Below, one piece after another: positions 24,248 to 34,310 of a DNA stretch of 64,000 nt. Numbering within the stretch: the stretch's first letter is position 1; each line of letters begins with the position of its first letter. The translations under genes and the position numbers were made by a program. The DNA is from an uncultured bacterium. GTDB lineage: Bacteria > Actinomycetota > Actinomycetes > S36-B12 > CAIKAW01. Below the pieces are notes generated by a model, which saw only the letters and a list, made by a program, of their open reading frames with translations, made no database searches and had not been told where the DNA came from. The stretch spans positions 3,469 to 67,468 of the forward strand of contig CAIKAW010000031.1 of the NCBI GenBank assembly GCA_903825575.1, read 5' to 3'.

Positions 24248-26119
24248 GTGTCGATGCACGGGAATTGGATGACCTTTCGGTCCTTCACGCATGACCAATC
24301 GGTCAAACAGCGACGAATCACGCGGGCGACGGTGTTGCGCGTGCTGGATTTTGCCAGACCCTATCGGCGGCTAATCGTCGTCTTCCTCATCACATTGATT
24401 GTTGATTCTTTGCTGGTAGTAGGTCAACCATTGCTGTTTCGCCGAATCTTCGATGTAGGAATCGCTCACCGTAATGCGGGAGTGGTAACCGTCAGCGCCA
24501 TTCTGGTCGGGGTAATTGCGGTCGTCAGTGGCCTCTTGGAACTCTTTGGTCGCTGGTACAGCTCGCGAATTGGTGAAGGCCTGATCTTCGACCTGCGCAC
24601 TGCGGTATTCGCACACGTCCAGCGTCAACCGATTGCGTTCTTCACAAGAACTCAAACCGGGGCCCTGGTGTCAAGGCTGAACAACGACGTGATCGGCGCG
24701 CAGCAGGCATTCACCTCAACACTTAGTGGCGTAGTTGGGAACCTGATCAGCCTGATTGTAGTTGTGACGACGATGCTCTTCTTGTCCTGGCAGATCACGT
24801 TGTCGGCGTTGGTGCTTGTTCCACTATTTGTTCTACCTGCCCGATTCATGGGTCGACGGATTCAGGCCCTTACTCGCGAGGGAATGGGTTTGAACGCTGA
24901 GATGAGCACTCAGATGACGGAGCGATTTAACGTCGCTGGCGCGCTCCTAGTAAAACTGTTCGGACGACCTCATGAGGAGGACGCATCGTTCGGTGCACGC
25001 GCAGGGCGAGTGCGCGACATTGGAATTCGGATAGCTGTGACCAACCGCGTGTTCTTCCTTGCTTTGACGCTGGTCGCATCTTTGGCTACCGCGATGGTGT
25101 ATGGAATTGGCGGGAACCTGGTGGTTTCAGAACAGCTAAGTGCGGGTACGTTACTCGCGTTGGCAGCTCTGTTAAGCCAGCTGTATGGCCCGCTGACAGC
25201 TCTGTCCAACGTCCGTGTCGACGTCATGACGGCAATCGTAAGCTTCGAGCGAGTCTTTGAGGTGCTCGATCTGCCGAGTCTTATTGAGGAAAGTCCTAAT
25301 GCCGTGGCGATACCGCGCGGCGGGCAGGCTATCGCTTTCGATGCCGTGTCTTTCCGTTATCCCAGTGCTGACCAAGTTTCGCTCGCGTCTTTGGAATCAG
25401 TCGCCCGTCCTGAATCTGGACCAAATGATGAAGTTCTACGGGGAGTCAGTTTCACCGCTGAACCGGGAGATCTCGTCGCCCTAGTGGGCCCGTCAGGCGC
25501 CGGGAAGACCACGATTACTTCGCTGGTTTCGCGTCTCTATGACGTGACCGGCGGTCAAGTTCGTCTCGGAGGGCGCGACATTCGAGAGTTAACTTTGAAG
25601 TCAGTACACGAAGTGGTTGGCGTCGTTACTCAGGATTCACATATGTTCCATGACACGATCCGGAACAACTTGCTCTACGCAAGACCCGAGGCTACTGACG
25701 TTGAGCTTCGGGCGGCTTGCACTGATGCCCAAATCATGGATCTTGTGGCCTCGTTGCCTGACGGGCTAGACACTGTTGTTGGTGATCGCGGGTATCGGCT
25801 CTCAGGCGGGGAGAAGCAACGATTTGCCTTGGCTCGGCTGCTGCTGAAGGCGCCTGACGTGGTGGTCCTAGACGAAGCTACGGCGCACCTTGATAGCGAG
25901 TCCGAGGCAGCCGTGCAGCGGGCGCTAGCAATTGCGTTGAAGGGCCGGACTTCGTTGGTCATCGCACACCGACTGTCCACCATCCGCCAAGCGGATAAGA
26001 TTTTGGTCATCGATGGTGGAGCGATTGTTGAATCAGGTACGCACGAGGAACTGCTCGCGCGCGGTCAACTCTATGCAGACCTATACCGGACGCAATTTAG
26101 CGAGGCGGAACAGTTCTGA
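24248..26119 (+). CDS. Fused permease/ATPase ABC exporter (MsbA/MdlB type)
   Basis: N-terminal six-helix TM domain. NBD with GPSGAGKTT, LSGGEKQRFALARLL and VVVLDEATAHLD. Confidence 0.9.
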   Translation: MSMHGNWMTFRSFTHDQSVKQRRITRATVLRVLDFARPYRRLIVVFLITLIVDSLLVVGQPLLFRRIFDVGIAHRNAGVVTVSAILVGVIAVVSGLLELFGRWYSSRIGEGLIFDLRTAVFAHVQRQPIAFFTRTQTGALVSRLNNDVIGAQQAFTSTLSGVVGNLISLIVVVTTMLFLSWQITLSALVLVPLFVLPARFMGRRIQALTREGMGLNAEMSTQMTERFNVAGALLVKLFGRPHEEDASFGARAGRVRDIGIRIAVTNRVFFLALTLVASLATAMVYGIGGNLVVSEQLSAGTLLALAALLSQLYGPLTALSNVRVDVMTAIVSFERVFEVLDLPSLIEESPNAVAIPRGGQAIAFDAVSFRYPSADQVSLASLESVARPESGPNDEVLRGVSFTAEPGDLVALVGPSGAGKTTITSLVSRLYDVTGGQVRLGGRDIRELTLKSVHEVVGVVTQDSHMFHDTIRNNLLYARPEATDVELRAACTDAQIMDLVASLPDGLDTVVGDRGYRLSGGEKQRFALARLLLKAPDVVVLDEATAHLDSESEAAVQRALAIALKGRTSLVIAHRLSTIRQADKILVIDGGAIVESGTHEELLARGQLYADLYRTQFSEAEQF

Positions 26120-26143
26120 CAGGGGAAGAACCTGACGGAAGTT

Positions 26144-26929
26144 CTACGGGGTACGAAGGAACCCACCATCTATTTGCAGCAGAGTCCCAGTCAAATACGA
26201 CGCGGCAGGCGATAAGACAAAAGTTGCCAAACGTGCAAATTCTTCTGGGTCTCCGTAACGGCCTAAAGGAATCGCGACTTCCTTTCGTTTGCGCACGAGA
26301 TCGGGATTTCCTCTGCTGGCATCGAGTTTCTCAACGCGTTCAGTGGCGAAATTTCCCGGGAGGAGCCCATTTATGCGGATTCCGCGTTCGCCCAACTCGT
26401 CGCCTAGGTCCTTCACGAGCATAGCCAAACCAGCACGCAGACCCGTGGAGAGCGAGAGTCCGGCAATCGGGGATCGCGCACTACTTGATAGCACCAGCGC
26501 AATCGCACCGCCAGTTCCCGATAATTCGCTGGGATCGCTGCCAATAGCGGAACTAGCTGCCCGGATAACTCGTAGGACGCCAAGGTAGGTCGACTGGAAA
26601 GCTTCCTGCCACGCGTCATCGGTTGCGGTTAGAACAGTGCCAGGGGGCGGGCCACCACCACTTATTAGAGCACCGTCCAGCCGTCCAAAAACCGCCACAG
26701 CCATCGCGACCAAGCGTTCGGCGACAGCCGGATCCCCAAGATCAGCCGCAAGTCCAAAGGCTACGGAGTTTCCTCCAAGCTCTTGGACGGCAGCATTCAC
26801 TCGCGTTTCATCGCGCGCCGCAATTAGGACCTTGGCCCCCTCGGCGACCAACGCACGAGCTCCGGCAAAGCCCAATCCTCGAGATCCGCCGGTTACCAGA
26901 TAGACGCGGTCTGTGAGTCCAAGGTCCAT
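26144..26929 (-). CDS. Short-chain dehydrogenase/reductase
   Basis: TGGSRGLGFAGA cofactor motif, Rossmann fold, 261 aa. Confidence 0.8.
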   Translation of the reverse strand: MDLGLTDRVYLVTGGSRGLGFAGARALVAEGAKVLIAARDETRVNAAVQELGGNSVAFGLAADLGDPAVAERLVAMAVAVFGRLDGALISGGGPPPGTVLTATDDAWQEAFQSTYLGVLRVIRAASSAIGSDPSELSGTGGAIALVLSSSARSPIAGLSLSTGLRAGLAMLVKDLGDELGERGIRINGLLPGNFATERVEKLDASRGNPDLVRKRKEVAIPLGRYGDPEEFARLATFVLSPAASYLTGTLLQIDGGFLRTP

Positions 26930-26962
26930 GAGCTCATCCTGCCCTATCGGTCTCGGCGTTGC

Positions 26963-27724
26963 TCAGGACTGCTTGGGTGATTCGGGCAGTTTTGCTTCCT
27001 TCATCGCCAGAAGGACAAAGCCGCCGATCGCTAGGAGAGCAAATAGCACCCATTCGACGGCGTAGGCCAAGTGCGGGCCGGCATCCAGTGCCGGCAGCGG
27101 GATCGGAGTAAGGCCCCCGAGGTCTGTTGGTTGGCTGACGGCCAGTTCCAGATAGGCAGCGAAGCCGGGGGTACCGGAAGGGGTCAGAGCTGCCACATCG
27201 ACGCTGAGTGTTTGGTCATGGGGCGTATCCGCGGGGATGGTGCCCCGAGCTAGTTCAGGGCTCCGTAGATGTCCTGTGAGGCTGACTTCGCCTGCGGGCG
27301 GCGGGGCAATTTGAGGGCTGGCTGACGGTCCGCCGCGGGCCGGTGTCCACCCTCGATTGACGACCAAGATTGCCCCGGAATCAAGTTTGAGCTCAGCCAG
27401 GACCCAGAAGCCATCAGCCATGTTTAGCGTGCGGCGACGCACGTATGGCCGTTCTACAGGCAGGTAGCGTCCCGAAACTGTCACATTGCGCCATTCCATC
27501 GATTTTGGCAGTGCTGCAGCATCACTGGGTTGGACGCGCGCCGAAAGCAGACTCAGGAGGGGGACTGTCGGCGCGCGTTGACTGTCCATCACGGCCGAAT
27601 TGAAGGCCGCCCGTTGTAGATGCCGGTGCCACTGCCATCTGGAAAGCAGGAGAAAAGCGGGCACGAGAATCAGAACGACAGCCGCCAGTCCAACCCAACG
27701 CCGCGTCAGAAGGAACCGATACAC
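26963..27724 (-). CDS. SURF1 family cytochrome oxidase assembly protein
   Basis: N-terminal TM followed by LSRWQWHR, a central VNRGW motif and a C-terminal TM with HLAYAVEWVLFAL. Confidence 0.85.
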   Translation of the reverse strand: MYRFLLTRRWVGLAAVVLILVPAFLLLSRWQWHRHLQRAAFNSAVMDSQRAPTVPLLSLLSARVQPSDAAALPKSMEWRNVTVSGRYLPVERPYVRRRTLNMADGFWVLAELKLDSGAILVVNRGWTPARGGPSASPQIAPPPAGEVSLTGHLRSPELARGTIPADTPHDQTLSVDVAALTPSGTPGFAAYLELAVSQPTDLGGLTPIPLPALDAGPHLAYAVEWVLFALLAIGGFVLLAMKEAKLPESPKQS

Positions 27725-27781
27725 GTGTGTGACCCTAACCTGCGAGGACCCCGTACTCTTAGCTAGGCAAAAGGAGGCTAG

Positions 27782-28768
27782 ATGCTTGTCGACGGATTCG
27801 GCAGAGTGGGGCGCGACTTGCGAGTCTCGCTCACCGATCGCTGCAATTTACGTTGCAGCTACTGCATGCCGGAGGCTGGTCTCACCTGGCTGCCGCAGCC
27901 TGGATTGCTAACTGATGCCGAAGTGGTTCGACTTGTTCGAATCGGCGTTGACTTGGGTATCCATTCGATTCGCTTTACCGGGGGAGAACCACTTCTGAGG
28001 CCGGGCTTGGTCGACATCATCAGCCAAACTGCCGCCCTACCAAATCGACCGCACTTAAGCATGACCACAAATGGGATTGGTCTGGCCTTAATGGCCCCCG
28101 ATTTGAAAGCAGCGGGATTGGATCGGGTCAACGTATCTCTTGACACCCTGTCGCCGGAAACCTTTAAGCAAATCTCCCATCGAGATCGTTTGGCCGATGT
28201 GCTGGCAGGCCTTGACGCTGCCGCAGCGGCTGGCCTGCTGCCCGTGAAGGTCAATGCGGTGCTTCTCCGCGGCGTAAATAGCGGCGAAGCCGGAGCGCTG
28301 CTGGATTACTGCATCAATCGCGGCTTTGATCTGCGCTTTATTGAGCAAATGCCACTGGATCCGCAACATGGCTGGAAGCGCGACGAGATGGTTACTGCCG
28401 ACGAGGTTCTTGAGTTGCTGCGAGCTGACCGACGAATCGAGCCTGATCCAAATGAACTCAGAGGTAGCGCGCCCGCGGAATTATTCCTAGTTGACGGTGG
28501 TCCGGCCAGAGTTGGGGTCATCGCATCGGTAACCCGTCCCTTCTGTGCGGACTGCGACCGAGTGCGCCTCACCGCAGATGGCGCAATTCGGACTTGCCTC
28601 TTCGCGCGCCATGAGACGGAGTTGCGCGACTTCATGCGTGCAGGCGGCGACGATGTCGGTCTAGCTGCCTTGTTCCGGCAGTCAATGCTCGGCAAGAAGC
28701 GCGGTCACGACATAGGTGATCCCGAGTTCGCCCAGCCAACTCGACCCATGTCAGCTATCGGCGGGTAA
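27782..28768 (+). CDS. moaA: GTP 3',8-cyclase MoaA (radical SAM)
   Basis: CNLRCSYC radical-SAM cluster motif, FTGGEPLLR, and a C-terminal second cluster CADCDRVRLTADG. Confidence 0.93.
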   Translation: MLVDGFGRVGRDLRVSLTDRCNLRCSYCMPEAGLTWLPQPGLLTDAEVVRLVRIGVDLGIHSIRFTGGEPLLRPGLVDIISQTAALPNRPHLSMTTNGIGLALMAPDLKAAGLDRVNVSLDTLSPETFKQISHRDRLADVLAGLDAAAAAGLLPVKVNAVLLRGVNSGEAGALLDYCINRGFDLRFIEQMPLDPQHGWKRDEMVTADEVLELLRADRRIEPDPNELRGSAPAELFLVDGGPARVGVIASVTRPFCADCDRVRLTADGAIRTCLFARHETELRDFMRAGGDDVGLAALFRQSMLGKKRGHDIGDPEFAQPTRPMSAIGG

Positions 28769-29062
28769 TCACTGGGTTCGGTTGTTTCCTTCGCGGAGGG
28801 AACGCAAGTCTGGCGACACTGGTCCCGGACCGGGTTCCTCACTTTCACGTCCAGCATTGGCGAATACAACTGCCAAATAGGGCAACACGACAGCTCCGAC
28901 GATCAAAGCCCAGCGCAGCCAGCCATGCGTGACAATTGCGGCAATAAAGCACCCGGTGCGAATCCCCATGGACCACAAATACCTGCGCGTGCGACCGTCG
29001 ATATCTTCACTGAGTGGCGGTCGAGCTTCGGTGATTCGGTGGATCACGTCGTCGTCTGGCAT
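28769..29062 (-). CDS. DUF3099-like small membrane protein
   Basis: 97 aa with two TM helices and the RTRRYLWSMGIRTGCF motif seen in actinobacterial DUF3099 proteins (from memory). Confidence 0.55.
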   Translation of the reverse strand: MPDDDVIHRITEARPPLSEDIDGRTRRYLWSMGIRTGCFIAAIVTHGWLRWALIVGAVVLPYLAVVFANAGRESEEPGPGPVSPDLRSLREGNNRTQ

Positions 29063-29152
29063 CTAGCCTCCCGGTACCAAGGTACTTCCACCTGAAGACG
29101 CTGATTCGCGAGGTGGCACGATGGGTCCCAACAGGAAACTATTGGAGGCATT

Positions 29153-29365
29153 GTGGCCGATCGCACCTACCGCGTGACCGAGATTGTCGGTACCTCATCC
29201 GAAGGGGTCGAAGCAGCCATCAGGAACGGGATTCACCGTGCTGGCAAGACACTGCGGCATCTGGATTGGTTCGAGGTAACCCAGATTCGCGGGCAGATTC
29301 AAGATGGCGAACTAGAGCACGTACAGGTCGGTATGAAGTTGGGATTTCGTCTAGAGGACGACTAG
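29153..29365 (+). CDS. Dodecin family flavin-binding protein
   Basis: 70 aa: YRVTEIVGTSSEGVEAAIRNGIHRAGKTLRHLDWFEV..IRGQI. GTG start behind TGGAGG. Confidence 0.8.
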   Translation: MADRTYRVTEIVGTSSEGVEAAIRNGIHRAGKTLRHLDWFEVTQIRGQIQDGELEHVQVGMKLGFRLEDD

Positions 29366-29375
29366 CTCCTGGCCG

Positions 29376-30773
29376 CTAGTTCGCCTGGCTGGGGGTACTG
29401 AAGTTGAATTCACTGACCGATAGAGCCGGTGTTCGCACGCGTGGGAAGTAATCGCCGAGTTCTCGCGGAAGCGTAAGAGTCGGTTCGGTGGCGTCGGTAA
29501 TTCGGGCCAATAGGCTTACTGGACTGTCATTGAATCGGAAGTTTCCCACCGAACCCACAACTTCACCGTCGCGTACCTGGTAGGCGCCGTCGCGCGTCAA
29601 GCCGGTAAGCAAAAGCTGCTGCGGATCAACGTCCCGGATGTACCACAGACAATTGAGCAAGATTGCGTTTTCGGTTCGGGAAATCAAGTCGGAAAGAGTG
29701 CCGTGCCCAGCCGCATCCGACAAGGTGACGTTGTCGATGAAAGGCGTTGTGGCAATACCACCGAGCTTGGCTGTATATCGGGTGGAGAGCAGCGCTTTGA
29801 GGTAGCCCTCGGACAACCATTCGGTCCGTTCGAGCGGTAAACCGTTATCGAAGACACTGCTCAGGGGACTGGAAGCTCCGGACACCACGAATGGAGTGCA
29901 GCCCAAAGCGGGATCGAATGGATCACTGGCTAGCGTCACCAAACGACTCGTAAGTTGCTCGCCAAGCCGGGTACCTCCGCCAGCGCTAGCGAACACGCTG
30001 CTGCCGTCGATCGCATCGCGAGCCCCAGCAGACCAGAGCAGGTTCACAAATAGGTCAGCCGTTGCGCTGGTACTTAGGATTGTTGGGTGCCGACCTGGTT
30101 TAAGGGCGATGGTTCGCAACTGCCATTGCAGCTGCTTGAGACATTCGGTTTCGGCCGCAGTCACGTCTATCTCTTGGAAGTTGCGGCCGGCTTGCCCTAC
30201 CCACGTTGAACGACCGCGGTCATGGCTTTTGGCTGTCATTTCGAACCTTGCTGACGGAATCGCATCCCGCAATCGAGTTCCGGTGGTCGTCGCCAGATAG
30301 GTGGTTGCAACGGAGAATTCCGCGTATCCGTAGTAGTCGACTCCCGATGCCGCGCCGCGCCGGAAGATCTCACCGAGCTTCGACGTGATCGCTGCGAACT
30401 CGATGGGGTCGGCCTTGACGGGGGCAGCTGACCAATCGACACAGCTGCTAACTGGTGGAAGGTCCATTGCGTCTTCAGCTGGCGCGGAACTTGTGGCAAT
30501 GGATTGCGCCGCCGACAAGAGCGAATCGAGGTCGGAGCGGCTGTGAACTATGCCAGATTGCGTTCCAAAGCCCAATCCGCCAGATACCGGCTCGATCGCC
30601 ACAACCGTCGTAGAAGTTGTCGAAGCGGTACCGTTAGTTGTCAAAGTGTTGCCAGCCCAGCGCAAGTTCACGGTGGATTCGACGGTCACGATTGCGACGA
30701 CGGCGCTGCCGACTCTTGGCCCGTTACCGGCGACGGCCCATTCAAGAATTTGCTGGGGACTGGGTCTGGTCAT
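29376..30773 (-). CDS. pmbA: TldD/PmbA family metalloprotease, PmbA-like subunit
   Basis: 465-aa paralog of the upstream TldD with a 4-nt overlap. C-terminal ...GNFRFN... motif region. Confidence 0.8.
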   Translation of the reverse strand: MTRPSPQQILEWAVAGNGPRVGSAVVAIVTVESTVNLRWAGNTLTTNGTASTTSTTVVAIEPVSGGLGFGTQSGIVHSRSDLDSLLSAAQSIATSSAPAEDAMDLPPVSSCVDWSAAPVKADPIEFAAITSKLGEIFRRGAASGVDYYGYAEFSVATTYLATTTGTRLRDAIPSARFEMTAKSHDRGRSTWVGQAGRNFQEIDVTAAETECLKQLQWQLRTIALKPGRHPTILSTSATADLFVNLLWSAGARDAIDGSSVFASAGGGTRLGEQLTSRLVTLASDPFDPALGCTPFVVSGASSPLSSVFDNGLPLERTEWLSEGYLKALLSTRYTAKLGGIATTPFIDNVTLSDAAGHGTLSDLISRTENAILLNCLWYIRDVDPQQLLLTGLTRDGAYQVRDGEVVGSVGNFRFNDSPVSLLARITDATEPTLTLPRELGDYFPRVRTPALSVSEFNFSTPSQAN

Positions 30774-32281
30774 GAACCGCTCTCCGACCGACTGTTAAGG
30801 ATGTTGATGCCTGCGAAGCGGGCTGCCGGACAGCCGTGGCTGACGGCCGCAACCTGTCCCGGTTGCCCCTTGCCACAGTTGAGCGCGCCACCTAGCTGAT
30901 ATGTCTGCGGCCCGCCAAGGACTTGCAGGCGATTCCAGAAGTCCAAGGTGTTCGACTGGTAAGCAACATCGCGGACTTGGCCGACTAGCCGGCCCGCACG
31001 GATTCGGTGAAAACGCTGCCCCGTGAACTGGAAGTTATAGCGCTGCATATCAATCGACCAGGAGCGATCACCAACGATGTAGATGCCATCTTCGACTCCC
31101 GAAATCAGATCGTCGAGGCTTGGACCCACCGGATCTGGGAGTAATGAGACATTGGCCATTCGTTGGATCGGGAAATGCGTTGGGGAGTCGGCGTAGGCGC
31201 AGCCATTGGAACGAACGCCGAACTGGTGGGCCATCGCGCGATCTAGCTGATAACCGACCAGCGTTCCATTCTTAACGATGTCCCACTCTTGGGCAGCGAC
31301 ACCTTCGTCATCGAATCCCACTGTGGCCAAGCCGAATCGAACATTGCGGTCGCCGACAATGTTCATCAGTGCAGATCCATATTGCAGCGTCCCGAGTTTG
31401 TCGGGGGTTGCGAACGAAGTTCCGGCATAGTTCGCTTCGTAGCCCAAAGCCCGATCTAGCTCCGTTGCATGACCGACAGATTCATGGATCGTTAACCACA
31501 GGTTGGTCGGATCGATGACGACGTCGTAGGTGCCGGCCTCAACGCTTGGAGCGCGCATCTTTTCTTGCAGGAGATCAGGAAGCTGTGCTAATTCTTCCTC
31601 AAAATCCCAACCGCGCAGGAGATACTCCCAGCCGCGTCCTACGGGCGGTGCCAGGGAACCCATCGAGTCGAACGCTCCGGAATCCTCAACAACGGTGGCG
31701 TCGATCTCGGGACCGAGCCGTACCCGCATTTGGGTGGTGCGAGTGCCGGATGAGTCTTCGTAGTGGCTCAGTTCACGGACGGCTCGCACAGAAGCTGTGG
31801 CGTGTTGGATCCCTCTGTCGAGCAGGGAGCCGGTCCAATGCAGCAGAAGTTCGGCCTTCTCGTGGGCAGGAATGGCGAAAGGGTCCACTTCGAAGTCCGA
31901 AACCCAATCCCCAACATGTACAGGCTCTGCTGCGAGTTCAACTCGGGTGATCGCCAAAGGCGCGGCTTGCCGTGCCAGTTCAACTGCCTGGCGACCTAAT
32001 CGTGCAGCAGCATCAACAGAGACTTCATCCCCTGCTGCAAAGCCCCAAACTCCGTCGACAAGGACCCGAACGGCCATGCCAGTCGTGCTCTGCTCGCCCT
32101 GATCTTCTAGATTCCGGTCCCGTACGCTCAGGTTCTGCTCATGGGATCGCCCGATCCGGACGTCGGCATGCTGGGCCCCGGCGTCGCTTGCAGCCCCGAG
32201 TCCGGCTGCGGCGGCGGCGCCCAAGGGCAGGGCTAGGAAGACGGGGTCAATTTCGGGCACCCAGTCAATGTAGTTGGTCAA
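30770..32281 (-). CDS. tldD: TldD family metalloprotease
   Basis: HESVGHATELD metal-binding motif and GxC-type C-terminal motifs (GALNCGKGQPGQ). Start set at in-frame TTG 32281 (alternative GTG 32260), because the 547-aa ORF start 32413 would overlap divergent fabG by 90 nt. Confidence 0.8.
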   Translation of the reverse strand: MTNYIDWVPEIDPVFLALPLGAAAAAGLGAASDAGAQHADVRIGRSHEQNLSVRDRNLEDQGEQSTTGMAVRVLVDGVWGFAAGDEVSVDAAARLGRQAVELARQAAPLAITRVELAAEPVHVGDWVSDFEVDPFAIPAHEKAELLLHWTGSLLDRGIQHATASVRAVRELSHYEDSSGTRTTQMRVRLGPEIDATVVEDSGAFDSMGSLAPPVGRGWEYLLRGWDFEEELAQLPDLLQEKMRAPSVEAGTYDVVIDPTNLWLTIHESVGHATELDRALGYEANYAGTSFATPDKLGTLQYGSALMNIVGDRNVRFGLATVGFDDEGVAAQEWDIVKNGTLVGYQLDRAMAHQFGVRSNGCAYADSPTHFPIQRMANVSLLPDPVGPSLDDLISGVEDGIYIVGDRSWSIDMQRYNFQFTGQRFHRIRAGRLVGQVRDVAYQSNTLDFWNRLQVLGGPQTYQLGGALNCGKGQPGQVAAVSHGCPAARFAGINILNSRSESGS

Positions 32282-32329
32282 TCGAAGCGGTAGCGTCCGA
32301 GGCCGGGTATTGGGAAACGGGAGGTGGTC

Positions 32330-33034
32330 ATGGACCGGGTGGTCTTCGTCACCGGGGGAAATCGCGGGATCGGCGCGGCGATTGCCGAAACATTTGTTGC
32401 TGCCGGCGATCACGTCGCGGTCACCACTCGCACCGGCAGCGGTCCTGCCGGAACCCTCGCTATCCCTTGCGACGTTACGGACTCTGCTGCCGTTGATCAG
32501 GCATTTGACCGCGTCGAAGCTGAATTCGGCCCTGTCTCGATCTGTGTTGCAAACGCTGGAATCACTCGCGACGGCTTGGCGATGCGCATGTCAGATGAGG
32601 ACTTCGACGCGGTGATAGACGCTAATCTGGTCGGATCATTTCGAGTTGCGCGACGAGCATCCCGTGGCATGGTTCGGGCCCGTGGTGGACGGATCATCTT
32701 CATTTCCAGCGTTGTTGGATTGCTCGGGTCCGCCGGTCAAGTTAACTACGCCGCGTCAAAGGCGGGTCTTGTTGGTCTAGCGCGATCCCTAGCCCGCGAA
32801 CTCGGGCCTAGAGGGATTACAGCCAATGTCGTGGCGCCCGGTTTTGTCGAAACCGACATGACAGCAACGCTTGACGAGACGCGACGAGCCGAGATCTTAA
32901 AGCAAGTTCCACTGGGTCGGTATGCGACCAGCGCCGAAGTGGCTGCGGTTGTTCAATTCCTCGCTTCGCCTGAGGCGGCATATGTCACGGGGGCAGTTAT
33001 CCCGGTTGACGGCGGTTTAGGAATGGGTCACTGA
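32330..33034 (+). CDS. fabG: 3-oxoacyl-ACP reductase (FabG/MabA-like)
   Basis: VTGGNRGIGAAIA, and catalytic S...YAASKAG. ATG 32330 lies 5 nt after GGGAGG. Directly precedes inhA as in mycobacteria. Confidence 0.9.
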   Translation: MDRVVFVTGGNRGIGAAIAETFVAAGDHVAVTTRTGSGPAGTLAIPCDVTDSAAVDQAFDRVEAEFGPVSICVANAGITRDGLAMRMSDEDFDAVIDANLVGSFRVARRASRGMVRARGGRIIFISSVVGLLGSAGQVNYAASKAGLVGLARSLARELGPRGITANVVAPGFVETDMTATLDETRRAEILKQVPLGRYATSAEVAAVVQFLASPEAAYVTGAVIPVDGGLGMGH

Positions 33035-33813
33035 TGGGAGCTGGAATGGGAATCCTGCAAGGTAAACGTCTGCTAATTACAGGCGTGCTGACAGATCAAT
33101 CGATCGCATACCACGTGGCGAAATTGGCGCAAGAACAAGGCGCTGAGGTGATCCTCACGTCTTTCGGTCGCGCGCTATCGATCACCACGCGCGTGGCAGC
33201 ACGACTGCCCGTGACTCCAACCATCATCGAGCTCGACGTGACAAATGATTCTCACCTAGCGGCGCTTGCAGCGAATGTCGGCGCCGTGTTCCCGAGTTTG
33301 GATGGCGTGCTGCATTCGATTGGCTACGCTCCTGAAGCCGCGTTGGGCGGCAACTTCCTAAATACCGCATGGCCCGATGTAGCGACCGCTATCCAGGTGT
33401 CTGCCTATTCATACAAATCCTTGGCCATGTCGGTTGAGTCGTTGTTGGCGCCTGGTGCCTGCGTGATCGGACTTGACTTTGATGCCGCGGTCGCCTGGCC
33501 AACCTACGATTGGATGGGGGTCGCGAAGGCGGCGCTCGAATCCACCAACCGTTACTTAGCCAAATACCTTGGGCCACGCGGGATCCGCGTGAATCTCATA
33601 GCAGCCGGACCGATCTGGACCACGGCGGCCCGAAGTATTCCCGGGTTCGATGCCTTCGACCCAATGTGGGACGAACGGGCACCGCTGGGCTGGGACCTTT
33701 CGGATCCGGATCCGGCAGCGCGAGGTTGTATAGCACTGTTCTCTGATTGGTTTCCCAGCACCACTGGCGAGATCATCCATGTCGATGGTGGCGTGCACGC
33801 GGTCGGAGGATGA
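33034..33813 (+). CDS. inhA: NADH-dependent enoyl-ACP reductase (FabI/InhA family)
   Basis: KRLLITGVLTDQSIAYHVA N-terminus; YDWMGVAKAALES (Tyr/Lys catalytic pair). 1-nt TGATG-type (TGA/ATG) junction with fabG. Confidence 0.9.
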   Translation: MGAGMGILQGKRLLITGVLTDQSIAYHVAKLAQEQGAEVILTSFGRALSITTRVAARLPVTPTIIELDVTNDSHLAALAANVGAVFPSLDGVLHSIGYAPEAALGGNFLNTAWPDVATAIQVSAYSYKSLAMSVESLLAPGACVIGLDFDAAVAWPTYDWMGVAKAALESTNRYLAKYLGPRGIRVNLIAAGPIWTTAARSIPGFDAFDPMWDERAPLGWDLSDPDPAARGCIALFSDWFPSTTGEIIHVDGGVHAVGG

Positions 33814-34310
33814 CCCAGCGCACACTGCTAGTCATGCGGCACGCCAAAGCCGCCTGGCCCGATGGTGTGTCCGACCTGAGACGGCCTCTCGCGCCGCGTG
33901 GGCGTGCCGATGCGGCTGTGGCGGCTGACTACCTAAGCAATGTTGTTCCTACCTGTCCCCGAGTGCTTGTCTCTCCGGCATTGCGCACCGAGGAGACTTG
34001 GTCGATCATTTCGCCCAGGCTTGGCCAGGTTTGGGTGCAGACGATCGAGGAAGGTTTGTATGAAGCAAGTGTGATTGACCTTTTCCAGGCTATTCGGGCT
34101 CAGGGTCCTGAATGCGAACAACTGTTGATCATTGGCCACAATCCAGGATGTGCGGAGCTGACTACCGCCCTGCAACTGGACGCGAAGCCCAGATCTTTCC
34201 CAACTTCGGCCATTGCCCAATTCACTTTCGATGGTGAGTGGTCGGAACTTGAACAGGCTGAATTGGTGTCCTTCGTGGTCCCCAGAGCGCTAAGAATCCT
34301 CGGCGATTGA
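33810..34310 (+). CDS. Histidine phosphatase family protein (SixA-like)
   Basis: LVMRHAKA phosphohistidine motif and IGHNPG. ATGA overlap with the inhA stop. Confidence 0.75.
   Translation: MTQRTLLVMRHAKAAWPDGVSDLRRPLAPRGRADAAVAADYLSNVVPTCPRVLVSPALRTEETWSIISPRLGQVWVQTIEEGLYEASVIDLFQAIRAQGPECEQLLIIGHNPGCAELTTALQLDAKPRSFPTSAIAQFTFDGEWSELEQAELVSFVVPRALRILGD

Noticed and set aside
32282-32413. Long N-terminal extension of the TldD ORF overlapping divergent fabG by 90 nt
   Set aside because: The extension (MIAGSNKCFGNRRADPAISPGDEDHPVH...) has no TldD similarity and would cover the fabG start and RBS. In-frame TTG 32281 or GTG 32260 give a normal-length TldD.
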